Of a DNA stretch of 64,000 bases, positions 48,000 to 61,199 are shown piece after piece; within the stretch, counting starts at the first letter, position 1, and the number at the start of each line of letters is the position of its first letter. The translations under genes were made by a program, and so were the position numbers. Under the pieces are notes generated by a model. That model was not told where the DNA came from. It did no database searches and saw nothing but the letters and a program-made list of their open reading frames with translations. Source of the DNA: Eledone cirrhosa (lineage: Eukaryota); NCBI GenBank assembly GCA_964016885.1, contig OZ024766.1:3658001-3722000 (forward strand), in the 5' to 3' direction.

Positions 48000-49178
48000 G
48001 TTACAGCTCGCACCTACGAAGGTTTAGCTGGCCTCCTCCGAGGTTGTAACTCATAGGAGGTTTCTTGGGTGTTTTAATGATAGGGACCCCAGTCCTATCA
48101 TGTTGTTACAGCTCACGCTTATGTAGGGTTTAGCTGGCCCCCTCCGAGGTTGTATCTCATAGGAGGTTTCTTGGGTGTTTTAATGATAGGGACCCCAGTC
48201 CTATCATGTTACAGCTCACACCTATGTAGGGTTTAGCTGGCCTCCTCCGAGGTTGTATCTCATAGGAGGTTTCTTGGGTGTTTTAATGATAGGGACCCCA
48301 GTCCTATCATGTTACAGCTCGCACCTACGAAGGTTTAGCTGGCCTCCTCCGAGGTTGTATCTCATGGGAGGTTTCTTGGGTGTTTTAATGATAGGGACCC
48401 CAGTCCTATCATGTTACAGCTCACACCTATGTAGGGTTTAGCTGGCCTCCTCCGAGGTTGTATCTCATGGGAGGTTTCTTGGGTGTTTTAATGATAGGGA
48501 CCCCAGTCCTATCATGTTGTTACATCTCACACCTATGTAGGGTTTAGCTGGCCTCCTCCGCGGTTGTAACTCATAGGAGGTTTCTTGGGTGTTTTAATGA
48601 GAGGGACCCCAGTCCTATCATGTTGTTACAGCTCATGCTTATGCAGGGTTTAGCTGGCCCCCTCCGAGGTTGTATCTCATAGGAGATTTCTTGGGTGTTT
48701 TAATGAGAGGGACCCCAGTCCTATCATGTTGTTACAGCTCATGCTTATGCAGGGTTTAGCTGGCCCCCTCCGAGGTTGTATCTCATGGGAGATTTCTTGG
48801 GTGTTTTAATGATAGGGACCCCAGTCCTATCATGTTGTTACAGCTCACGCTTATGTAGGGTTTAGCTGGCCTCCTCCGAGGTTGTATCTCATAGGAGGTT
48901 TCTTGGGTGTTTTAATGAGAGGGACCCCAGCCCTATCATGTTGTTACAGCTCATGCTTATGCAGGGTTTAGCTGGCCCCCTCCGAGGTTGTATCTCATGG
49001 GAGATTTCTTGGGTGTTTTAATGAGAGGGACCCCAGCCCTATCATGTTGTTACAGTTCACACCTATGCAGGGTTTAGCTGGCCCCCTCCGAGGTTGTATC
49101 TCATGGGAGATTTCTTGGGTGTTTTAATGATAGGGACCCCAGTCCTATCATGTTACAGCTCACACCTATGTAAGTTTA
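48000..49178. repeat. 103-106 bp minisatellite
   Basis: About 11 units, each with an ATGATAGGGACCCCAGTCCTATCAT hairpin like the SINE-internal one. A single inverted monomer lies at ~61920-62000. Confidence 0.9.
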
Positions 49179-49559
49179 GGAGGTTTCAGATCATAAAACT
49201 ATTTCAATTAATTAAGGAAGAATTTCGAGTGATTTACTAAAATTATTAATTATTTCATTACTAAGATAGTAACTTAACATAGGTTTTTATATAAAATTGT
49301 TGGAAGACATATATTTAAATAGAAACCCTTTAAAATGGGTTGTTTTGTTTACAGAAACAGGACTGATTTTAGGGGCTGAGCTTGCACTGAAAGGGTTCAT
49401 TGGATGCTTAACGATCTCTGTCAATAATATTAGAGGTGGGAAGAATACAATCATGAATACAAGCGGCCAAAATGGGGCTCCTCCGAAAGGTCTTTGGAGT
49501 TACATTACTTGATAGAGTGTGTAGCTCAGAGAGTCACTCCAGGTAGAGCTGTTGCTTCT

Positions 49560-50527
49560 CCAAATTGAGAGATCACAGCGTCGATACTACAGACATGTGG
49601 TTAGAATGTCTCAGGAAAGAATCTCTGAATTGAGAGATCACAGCTCTGATACTACAGACATGTGGTTAGAATGTCTCAGAAAAGAATCTCTGAATTGAGA
49701 GATCACAGCTCTGATACTACAGACATGTGGTTAGAATGTCTGAGGAAAGAATCTCTGAATTGAGAGATCACAGCTCTGATACTACAGACATGTGGTTAGA
49801 ATGTCTGAGGAAAGAATCTCTGAATTGAGAGATCACAGCTCTGATACTACAGACATGTGGTTAGAATGTCTAAGGAAAGAATCTCTGAATTGAGAGATCA
49901 CAGCTCTGATACTACAGACATGTGGTTAGAATGTCTAAGGAAAGAATCTCTGAATTGAGAGATCACAGCTCTGATACTACAGACATGTGGTTAGAATGTC
50001 TCAGGATAGAATCTCTGAATTGAGAGATCACAGCTCTGATACTACAGACATGTGGTTAGAATGTCTCAGGAAAGACTCTCTGGATTGAGAGATCACAGCT
50101 CTGATACTACAGACATGTGGTTAGAATGTCTCAGGAAAGAATCTCTGAATTGAGAGATCACAGCTCTGATACTACAGACATGTGGTTAGAATGTCTGAGG
50201 AAAGAATCTCTGAATTGAGAGATCACAGCTCTGATACTACAGACATGTGGTTAGAATGTCTGAGGAAAGAATCTCTGAATTGAGAGATCACAGCTCTGAT
50301 ACTACAGACATGTGGTTAGAATGTCTCAGGAAATAATCTCTGAATTGAGAGATCACAGCTCTGATACTACAGACATGTGGTTAGAATGTCTGAGGAAAGA
50401 ATCTCTGAATTGAGAGATCACAGCTCTGATACTACAGACATGGGGTTAGAATGTCTCAGGAAAGAATCTCTGAATTGAGAGATCACAGCTCTGATACTAC
50501 AGACATGTGGTTAGAATGTCTCAGGAA
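49560..50527 (+). repeat. 65-bp satellite array
   Basis: About 15 x GAATTGAGAGATCACAGCTCTGATACTACAGACATGTGGTTAGAATGTCTCAGGAAAGAATCTCT. Confidence 0.95.
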
Positions 50528-50936
50528 GAATCACTGGAGAGATTTTATGGGCGAAACCAACCGGCAGGAGACCCAGGGGTAGACCCCGAGTAAGTTGGTT
50601 GGATAACATCCATGAGCTTGGTTGGTCTTTCTCTTAGAGATCCAGCCAGATCAGTATAAAGTACCAGTAATGCACTGGGGTAATTGCTGGCCTTGTGCCT
50701 AAAGTAGAAACAATTATGTCTGTTTATATCAAAGGACCAGAGAGAGAAAAAAAAAGGGGGTTGGGGTTAAACATTGTGGAATGAACAACGACAGCAGCAA
50801 CAACAACTTCAACAACAACAACAACAACAACAACATGTGAAGTAGCTTGTGCTGTTGCAAGGTGGTGGCGGTGGTGGTGACATGGGTTGATGTGGTGTGT
50901 GTTGTAGAGAGAGAGAGAGAGAGACACAGAGACAGG

Positions 50937-50974
<38 letters not shown>

Positions 50975-51373
50975 GAGTGAGTGAGTTGTGTAGTGGCCAC
51001 AGAGGGCAGACAGGCTCCGACACAAGAAAAGCCTGTTAGGAATAAACAAACACAACAACAACAACAACAACTGTAATAATAATAAGAAGAAAAAGAAGAA
51101 CAACAATAAAAAAAATCACAACAACAATATCATTAATAATAATAATAATAGTTACTACTACTATTTGTAGTAGTAGTAGTTGTAGTAGTAGTAAGGTTAT
51201 AGAAGACCAAAAAAGCAGAAATTGTGAAAGGTGGACCTCTCTAGGGCTCAACACCAGTTGGTCCCTAATTAGTTTAAAACCCGCTGAGGAAATAACAGCA
51301 CCAAAGAGAGAGCGAGTGAGAGAGAGAGAGTGAGAGAGTGAGAGAGTGAGAGAACCTTAGATATACCAACAGC

Positions 51374-51436
<63 letters not shown>

Positions 51437-51500
51437 GTATACATATATACATATATATATGTATACATGTATACATATATATATATAGATATATATATAT

Positions 51501-51549
<49 letters not shown>

Positions 51550-51807
51550 TATATACAGCTATATATATATATATATATAGATATATATAGCTGTGTATAT
51601 AGATATATATACAATTATATATCTATATATACACTGCTATATATATATATATATATAAATATATATCTATATATACACAGCTATATATATATATATATAT
51701 AAATATATATCTATATATACACAGCTATATATATATATAAATATATATCTATATATACACAGCTATATATATATATATATATAAATATATATCTATATAT
51801 ACACAGC

Positions 51808-51838
<31 letters not shown>

Positions 51839-52004
51839 CTATATATATATATATATAAATATATATCTATATATACACAGCTATATATATATATAAATAT
51901 ATATCTATATATACACAGCTATATATATCTATATATATATATATAAATATATATCTATATACACAGCTATATATATATATATACACACAGCTATATATAT
52001 ATAT

Positions 52005-52041
<37 letters not shown>

Positions 52042-52043
52042 GC

Positions 52044-52077
<34 letters not shown>

Positions 52078-52328
52078 TAGACAGATAGAACCTTGACAAA
52101 CCCGACAGCTATGTGTAAGTAAAAAAAAAAATTAAGGTGAAAATGGTGGAGGTGGGTCAGATGGACGGGGAGGGGGTTAATGAAAAGATTACTCAGTGGA
52201 GCATATATGTGCAGTGATGCGCAAAGATGCAGAAAAGCAATGGACTGGAACCATAGAGTGAATAATGGCTAGGCACATGATGAGAGACTGGGTGTAATAT
52301 AAACTTTAAAAAGGGGAGCATATGTAAT

Positions 52329-52394
<66 letters not shown>

Positions 52395-52430
52395 TAAGTA
52401 TTATAAATAGATGTTCTTTTGATCAATTAC

Positions 52431-52483
52431 ATTTTATTATACATATTTCGGAGGTACAACAGTACGTCCTCATCAGACAAAAT
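52431..52483 (-). ncRNA. Minimal hammerhead ribozyme, sense to the PKA pre-mRNA
   Basis: ATTTTGT-CTGATGA-GGAcGTAC(tgtt)GTACcTCC-GAA-ATATGTAT-A^-ATAAAAT, inside fold-back ~52388-52605. Confidence 0.78.
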
Positions 52484-52712
52484 ATAATGATACAAGACAT
52501 ACTCTGAGATGTTAAATGGTTAAGATTTAATCAAGGTTGTACATCGGAAATATGTATAATAAAATGTAATTGATCAAAAGAACATCTATTTTATTAATAC
52601 TTATATATTAATAACTCTCCTGAAAATTATTTTTTTTCCGTTGAGTGCTTCCAATCTACTGTAAAACTCATTCTTTGACATAATCATCGAATATTGTTTA
52701 ACAACTTAATAC

Positions 52713-52759
<47 letters not shown>

Positions 52760-52891
52760 GAAAGAGAGAGAGAGAGAACTAAAGAAAGAAACAAAGATTC
52801 CATTTTCCAATTGAATCTTGTAAACCCGATCACCATGGCAACGATGTGAAAGCAAAATATCCCACAAAAGTTTTGTGTTTGCGGATGCATC

Positions 52892-52933
<42 letters not shown>

Positions 52934-53157
52934 GTGTGTGTGTGGTGTGTGTGTGTGTGGTGTGTGTGGTGTGTGTGTGTGTGTGGTGTGTGTGTGGTGT
53001 GTGGTGTGTGTGTGGTGTGTGTGTGGTGTGTGGTGTGTGTGTGTGTGTGGTGTGTGTGTGTGGTGTGTGTGTGTGTGTGGTGTGTGTGTGGTGTGTGTGT
53101 GTGTGGTGTGTGTGGTGTGTGTGTGTGTGGTGTGTGGTGTGTGTGTATGTATGTGTG

Positions 53158-53693
53158 TATAAATATTTCGTATCTCCAAAGAAATACGGTTTTAGGAAGC
53201 CGTAGCTAACGCCCTCTGGTGGTGTCCAGCAGAAGCAAGGAGGGGGGGGGGGGGGGGGGAAACAACCGTCTATGCATTTCAGGCATAAATAGCCATTGTC
53301 AGGACGGTCCCTCCCACCGGTTGTCCCCCCTTGCTTCTGCTGGACACCACCAGAGGGCGTTAGCTACGGCTTCCTAAAACCATATTTCTTTGGAGATACG
53401 AAATATTTATACATATCGTATAAAGCTATGCTTGAAGTGAAATCCTATTTCCTTTATATATATATATATATCTCATTAGAAAGTGTGCGTGTGCGTGTGC
53501 TCTGCGGTTTTTTAAGTCCCCCACAGGGGTTAGTCCCTTGATAATGGGTTTTTAAACCCCAATATATCTGGGATCGGTAAATTTGCTAATGCAAGTTTCT
53601 TTTGTTATCTTGGCAATTTAACATTCTTTATAATGCGTTGTGTTGGTCTTTAAAATCTAAATTTGTTTTTCTTATTCTGTTGAATACAAAATC

Positions 53694-53737
<44 letters not shown>

Positions 53738-53966
53738 TCAGGTTTCAGGTTCACCACTGTATAGAGCTGGTCTATTCCGTATGGTCAATCGTAATGCAAT
53801 AATATAGAGAGTACTCAACGTAAGGCAGTTCAACCGTCTTTGTTTTTGTAGTTGGTGGTGCTATTACGGAGTTAAATATTATAATGAAATGACAGGAGGG
53901 TGGATTTGTGTAAATCTTTGTGTAAACCTTTCAAGGATTTACACAAATCCAGCCTCCTGTCATTTC

Positions 53967-54004
<38 letters not shown>

Positions 54005-54132
54005 TAAAATAACAGATTCAAGTTTAAGCAAAGAATCGCTGCTTTCACCCTTAACGAGATCTTCTGAATATTTGATATATATTTATCCTTATCGAGCCCT
54101 CTTTGGATTTTAGTCTTCAAATTTATTATTAT

Positions 54133-54184
<52 letters not shown>

Positions 54185-54556
54185 AGAAGCAAAAAATTGC
54201 TTATTGTGATCCAGTTCTTGGTTAAGAAAGCCAGTTTCATGGATGGTTTCAACGTACGGTTAGGGGTAACTCCACAAGTTTGAAAGAATTCCGTTCAATC
54301 TTGGAGTATAAAGTATAAAAGAGAAAACACAGGTAAGCATTAAGAGAAGGATTTTATCCAGGTATTTACGACCGTTTCCTTGGTAAGTGCAACCTTATAT
54401 TGCTATACTGTGCAATACTGTGCAACCTTATATTGCTTATATTGTGGCTGCTATTTGCAGTATAGCAATATAAGGTTGCACTTACCAATGAAACGGTCGT
54501 AAATACCTGGATAAAATCCTTCTCTTAATGCTTACCTGTGTTTTCTCTTTTATACT
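53158..54556. repeat. Cluster of fold-back insertions
   Basis: ~53158-53245/53328-53411, ~53878-53920/53935-53975 and ~54313-54410/54457-54556, the last with a GAAACGGTC hammerhead-like stem III. Confidence 0.85.
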
Positions 54557-54754
54557 ATATATATATATAACACAGACATCTGTCTTCAATCATCAGAACG
54601 AATTTAAGCTCGTCTGTCTTCAGGAAACCTTTGGTAAATGAATTAATTATCTTACATTGTTTATTACATAACTATATATATATATATATGTTATGTAATA
54701 AACAACATAAGATAATTCATTTACCAAAGGTTTCCTGAAGACAGACGAGCTTAA

Positions 54755-54827
54755 ATTTGTTCTGATGATTGAAGACAGACGTCTGTGCCAAGCTCGTCTG
54801 TCTTCAAGAAACCTTTAGTAAATGGAA
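54755..54827 (+). ncRNA. Hammerhead ribozyme (relative of 7573-7632)
   Basis: CTGATGA-TTGAAGACAGACG(13 nt)CGTCTGTCTTCAA-GAAACCTTTAGTA^AATGGAA: 13-bp perfect stem II; downstream sequence resembles module C. One stem III mismatch. Confidence 0.7.
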
Positions 54828-55806
54828 TAATTATCTTATGCTGTTTATTACCTAACTAGAAAGCTCTGTAGCCTACATAGAGCACTCTCTTTTCCTTTAC
54901 CGTTGCTACGGAAATACTTCATTTAATATATATATATGTAGAGATAGATAGGTAGGTAGTGTGTGTGGTGGTGGTGTGGTGGTTGCTGTAGTGTGTGTGG
55001 TAGTGGTGGTGTGGTTGCTGTAGTGTGTGTGTGGTGGTGGTGTGGTGGTGGTAGTGTGTGGTGGTGGTGGTGTGTGGTTGCTGTAGTGTGTGGTTGCTGT
55101 AGTGTGTGGTTGCTGTAGTGTGTGTGTGGTGGTGTGGTGGTGGTGGTGGTGTGGTGGTGTGTGTGGTGGTGGTGGTGTGGTTGCTGTAGTGTGTGTGGTG
55201 GTGGTGGTGGTGTGGTGGTGGTGGTGGTGGTGGTGGTGTGGTGGTGGTGGTGGTAGTGTGTGGTTGCTGTAGTGTGTGTGTGGTGGTGGTGTGGTGTTGT
55301 AGTGTGTGTGGTGGTGGTGTGGTGGTGTGGTGGTGTGGTGGTGTGTGTGGTGGTGGTAGTGTGTGGTGGTGTGGTGGTAGTGTGTGATTGCTGTAGTGTG
55401 TGTGTGGTGGTTGCTGTAGTGTGTGTGGTGCTGTAGTGTGTGTGGTAGTGGTGGTGGTGGTAGTGTGTGGTTGCTGTAGTGTGTGTGTGGTGGTTGCTGT
55501 AGTGTGTGTGGTAGTGGTGGTGGTGGTAGTGTGTGGTTGCTGTAGTGTGTGGTGGTGTGGTGGTGTGTGGTGGTGGTGGTGTGTACTCTGCAATGGCAAT
55601 GATGGCAGCAACAGAGGCGATGGCAGCAGCAATGGCAACAGCAGCGATGGGTGGTGGTGGCAGATGTAGCGGAGAAGGCAGTAACAATAATAATAGTAAT
55701 AATGGTTGTTGTAAACCTAGTGAAGCGATCCAGTCACCATGTGTCCACCATGTGACCACCATGTGACCACCATGTGACCACCATGTGACCACCACCCATC
55801 TTACCA

Positions 55807-55902
<96 letters not shown>

Positions 55903-56606
55903 GTGGGACAGACATAAGAGGGAGGAGGAGAGATGAGAGAGAGAGACGAGGGAGAGACAGAGAGTGGAAGAAAGAGATATGAGAAACAGGGAGAGAGAGA
56001 GAGAGATATATAAGAGATGAGAGAGAGAGATGATAGTGGAAGAGAGATGAGAGAGAGAGAGAGAGAGATAGATAGAGATGAGAATGGAAGAGCGAGAGAG
56101 AGATGAAGAGAGCGAAAGAGATAGATAGATAGAGATGGGAATGGGAGAGAGAGAGAGAGATGAGAGTGGAAGAGAGAGATAAGAGTGGAAGAGAGAGATG
56201 AGAGTGGAAGAGAGAGAGAGATAGATAGATAGAGATGAAGAGAGAGAGAGAGAGATAGAGATGAAGAGAGAGAGATGAGAGTGGAAGAGAGAGATAAGAG
56301 TGGAAGAGAGAGATGAGAGTGGAAGAGAGAGAGAGATAGATAGATAGAGATGAAGAGAGAGAGAGAGAGAGATAGAGATGAAGAGAGAGAGATGAGAGTG
56401 GAAGAGAGAGAGCGAGAGAGAGATGAGAGTGGATGAGAGATGAGAGTGGAAGAGAGAGAGATAGATAGAGATGAAGAGAGAGAGAGATAGATAGAGATGA
56501 AGAGAGAGAGAGATGAAGAAAGAGATTAATTATAATTTTAAAGAGAGCACCGATATGCTAACCGGATCCACGGGGGGGGGGGGTGAAGAAGACGAAGAAA
56601 AGAAAT

Positions 56607-56652
<46 letters not shown>

Positions 56653-56894
56653 GCAGCAGAAGTAGTAGAAGAAGAAGAAGAAGTAGAAGTAGTAATAATA
56701 ATAATGGTGGCAGTTGGTAGTAGTGGTAGTGGTGGTGGTGGTAGTGGTGGTGGCAGCGTGGCAAAAAAAAGGTGGTGTGTGTGGGGCAGGGGGCAGGGCA
56801 AAGAAGGGGGAGGGGGACCGGGGGGGGTGGGTGGCGCCGGCAGCGGTGGCAGGGGGTGGGGGTTGGGGTGGCGGATGGTGAGAGACAACAATAC

Positions 56895-57021
56895 CTTCAA
56901 ATAGCCAATATAGTCTATGAGTAAATTTTCGGGTTTGAGGTCGCGATACATTATGTCCAAGTGATGGAGGTATTCCAACACCAGCACGATTTGTGCAGCG
57001 TAGAATCGGGAATGCGGCTCG
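56895..57021 (-). CDS. PKA-C: PKA catalytic subunit, catalytic-loop exon, copy B (alternative cassette)
   Basis: Encodes (S)[42 protein letters not shown]. Acceptor (ct)n-ccacacag|C, donor AAG|gtattg. 127 nt, same phases as copy A, no stops. Confidence 0.94.
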
Positions 57022-57033
57022 CTGTGTGGAGAA

Positions 57034-57086
<53 letters not shown>

Positions 57087-57243
57087 GAGAGAAAGGAGAG
57101 AAAAAGAGAAAGAAAGAGAGAGAGAGACAAGGATGTAGTGATTGTAGTCGTTTACATAATACAAGTTACGGGGGCGATGACACGTCAACTGGCAAAGGGG
57201 GCGACACGGCTTAGTCTGTAGTGAGACCCTCTATGTAGTCGGT

Positions 57244-57278
<35 letters not shown>

Positions 57279-57292
57279 ATATATATATATAT

Positions 57293-57364
<72 letters not shown>

Positions 57365-57409
57365 ATATGGAAAGTTATATCTATTTATTTATAAGACTGT
57401 TTATATTGT

Positions 57410-57473
57410 ATTTTGTCTGAAGAAGGCATAGCATATTGTTAATATGATATCCCTGAAATATATATAACGAAAT
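57410..57473 (+). ncRNA. Minimal hammerhead ribozyme
   Basis: ATTTTGT-CTGAAGA-AGG...CCT-GAA-ATATATAT-A^-ACGAAAT. Confidence 0.7.
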
Positions 57474-57535
57474 AAATATGGTTTTATAAATATAGTTTCC
57501 ATTTATTTAATATCATATATATATATATATATTTT

Positions 57536-57575
<40 letters not shown>

Positions 57576-58008
57576 TATGTATGTGTATATAGTATAATAT
57601 ATATATATATATATACAATATATATATATATATAAATATAATATATATCTATATAATATAATATATATATATATAAATATAATATAATATATATATAATA
57701 TAATATATATATATATAAATATATAATATACATATATATATATAATTATATATATATATATGTATATATATATAATATAATATATATACATATATATATA
57801 ATTATATATATATATATATATATGTATATAAATATATAATATATATATATATATAATTGTTTCTACTTTAGGCACAAGGCCAGCAATTACCCCCAGTGTA
57901 TTACTGGTACTTTATTTTATCGACCCCGTAAGGATGAAAGGCAAAGTTAACCTCGGCGGGATTTGAACTCAGATTGGAAAGGGCCGTAACTCTGTATATA
58001 TATGTATA

Positions 58009-58055
<47 letters not shown>

Positions 58056-58677
58056 CCTCACATATATAGGGTCACCCAGAGTCGCTGTGTCAGTGCCAGA
58101 TTCAGTGGAGGTCACACTGCCCGTAGGGGGTGGGGAAGGAGGTCACACCTCTCCAGCCAGCAGAGGTCACACCTCAGGTCAACAGCTGTGGAAAGAAAAA
58201 CAGTTTAAATCAAACAAGAAAACAACAACAACAACAAAAAACAGAACAAAACAAAACAAACGAGAAACTAAAAAGAAAAAAGAAAGAAATGATGCCACCA
58301 TCTTTCTCATCTCAGTTCGTTTAAACATAATTAATTAACGAGAGGACAAGGAGGGAAAGGGCAGGGATTATTAAGCAGCTAGACACATCCGTGACCAGTT
58401 GGGTCACGTTCCCTTAACAATAATCTTTAAATAATTTTAAAAATATACACAGACATGTAGAAAACTGTTTCTACTTTTGGCACAAGGCCAGCAATTACCC
58501 CAGTACATTACTGGTACTTTAATTTATCGAGCCCCCGTAAGGATGAAAGGCAAAGCTAACCTCGGCGGGATTTGAACTCAGACCCTAAAGGGCCGTAACT
58601 CTATGCTGCAAAGCATGGCGTCCGACCCTCTACCGATACTGCCAACCCACCATAATGTAAAATAAAATTGAAAGGCC

Positions 58678-59796
58678 TTTATATATATATATATACACAT
58701 AAATGGCAATTTCTGTGTGTCTGTTTGTGAACCTAAAACTCAAAAACTACCAAACCGATCTTGATGAAACTTGACACCTGTATGGGGCTCACACCCGTTT
58801 GATTTCTTACGTATATTTCATTTTAATCAAAGGGTTCGCCGGAGGTTCAAAGCCCCGCTGAAAATTTTTTCCCTTCGATTTATATGAAATTTAAGCCATA
58901 GGTAAATGACAACATATGATCCCTATTCACAAAATTCCAGCAAATTTCAATAATATTAAGACACCCTAATGGGGGGTTAAACCCCTATAGTGAAAATTTT
59001 GACCAATAAATGGAACAAGATTTCACGAACTCCTCCTATGGTTTTGGAGATAGACCCCCATAAGCATATATATTCTGAAACTACATTGCCCAGGGTACTT
59101 GGATAAGTATATTTCATTTTAATCAAAGGGTTCCCTGGGAAAACAAAACCCCGCTGAAAATGTTTTCCCTTCGATTTATATGAAATTTAAGCCATAGGTA
59201 AATGACAACATATGATGCCTATTCACCAAATTTCAATAATATTAAGACACCCTAATGGAGGTTAAACCCTCTATTAGGGTTCCCCGGAGGCACAAAACCC
59301 CGCTGAAAATTTTTTCCCTTCGATTTATATGAAATTTAAGCCATAGGTAAATGACAACATATGATGCCTATTCACCAAATTTCAATAATATTAAGACACC
59401 CTAATGGAGGTTAAACCCTCTATTAGGGTTCCCCGGAGGCACAAAGCCCCGCTGAAAATTTTTTCCCTTCGATTTATATGAAATTTAAGCCATAGGTAAA
59501 TGACAACATATGATGCCTATTCACAAAATTTCAGCAAATTTCAATAACATTAAGACACCCTAATGGGGTTTCTGCTATTTTCCTTAAACCCAACACTCAA
59601 CTTCTCTGACAAACATATTTTCACCTGACCAATGCAATCAACATTTGTTTGTCTTATTCTTTCGTAAATGAATTCGTCTTCGCTTTTCATTATCTGTCCT
59701 ATATTTTGATTTCATTTTTGGTCTGAGAGACATTGGGCATTTTAATGGCAACTGGGAATACGCCTGCTCCCGGGTATTACCGGGTACCTCAGCTAG
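58678..59796 (+). mobile_element. Non-autonomous Helitron-like element with internal ~130-bp tandem repeats
   Basis: 3' hairpin CCCGG-gtatta-CCGGG followed 8 nt later by CTAG|t. 5' region CTGTGTGTCTGTTTGT...AACCGATCTTGATGAAACTT. The 5' boundary is approximate. Confidence 0.65.
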
Positions 59797-60267
59797 TATA
59801 TATATGTGGGCGTCTGTGACATATATACACTGGTCATAGACAGACACTTTACAAACCCTTCCTATTTCACAGGAAATATTCGCAATCAAACATTTTTATA
59901 GATCCCTCCCGAGATTGGAAGACCTTTATTTCACTGTTGTCCTCACTACCACCTACCCCCTGTACATCTATGATACTCAAACTCTATCTTTACCATGAAT
60001 CTGCTTCCTCTCCCACTACACTTCCTGTGTACTCAAGACCTACATTGAGTACATTATATAGAGTTACTACCTACACCTAGTCTACATATCAAACATATGA
60101 TACATGTGACTTAATATTGAGTCACCAAATTCAAGCTAGATACAGTAATTCTGCATTCGATTCTTTTAAGTCACCTGTTATAATTTCATTCCACAGCCCT
60201 AACAGCTCTCTCTCTCGCTCTCTTCTATTTTCCTTGTCTGTCTAATTCTCTACTGTCTATTTAGTAC

Positions 60268-60770
60268 AGGAGCTGTGATCTCTCAATCCAGAGATTCTTT
60301 CCTGAGACATTCTAACCACATGTCTGTAGTATCAGAGCTGTGATCTCTCAATCCAGAGATTCTTTCCTCAGACATTCTAACCACATGTCTGTAGTATCAG
60401 AGCTGTGGTCTCTCAATCCAGAGATTCTTTCCTCAGACATTCTAACCACATGTCTGTAGTATCAGAGCTGTGATCTCTCAATTCAGAGATTCTTTCCTGA
60501 GACATTCTAACCACATGTCTGTAGTATCAGAGCTGTGGTCTCTCAATTCAGAGATTCTTTCCTGAGACATTCTAACCACATGTCTGTAGTATCAGAGCTG
60601 TGAACTCTCAATTCAGAGATTCTTTCCTGAGACATTCTAACCACATGTCTGTAGTATCAGAGCTGTGAACTCTCAATTCAGAGATTCTTTCCTGAGACAT
60701 TCTAACCACATGTCTGTAGTATCAGAGCTGTGATCTCTCAATTCAGAGATTCTTTCCTGGGACATTCTAG
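60268..60770 (-). repeat. 65-bp satellite array, inverted relative to 49560-50527
   Basis: About 8 x GAGCTGTGATCTCTCAATTCAGAGATTCTTTCCTGAGACATTCTAACCACATGTCTGTAGTATCA, the reverse complement of the 49560 unit. Confidence 0.95.
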
Positions 60771-61199
60771 CCCTTTAAACTGGGTAGATTTGTTTCATAG
60801 GACAGGACCCAGTTTTAGTGTTGGTATCAAAACAAATAGGAACACTTTAAAATGGATGAATTTGTTTCATAGGACAGGACTCAGTTTTAGGGGCTGTGTT
60901 GGTATCAAAACAATTAAATAGGAACGCTTTAAAATGGGTGGATTTGTTTCAATAACCAGGACAGTTTGGTATAAGAAAACTCTCAGAGAATCTAACCTAG
61001 GTAAAGCTTTAAATATTGTTTAAACGATTCTGAGAAAGACTGAAGCAAACATCAATTTTCCTTTTCCTTTTTTTCTTTCTCCATTTCAACATTTGTAAAA
61101 AAAAACAACACAAATAAACAAACAGCGGAGTTTTTAAAGTTGTAACCCTTAAGTTTTTTTAGCTGTTGGCAACCTCATTGTCGGGGGTTTTTTACTTAC

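Noticed and set aside
51294-51310. REST/NRSE-like CAGCACC motif
   Set aside because: Second half-site is poor and REST is not expected in this lineage.
56895-57021. Exon B as a pseudo-exon or part of a separate paralogous gene
   Set aside because: Intact frame and splice sites, mostly synonymous divergence, and no other duplicated exons nearby.
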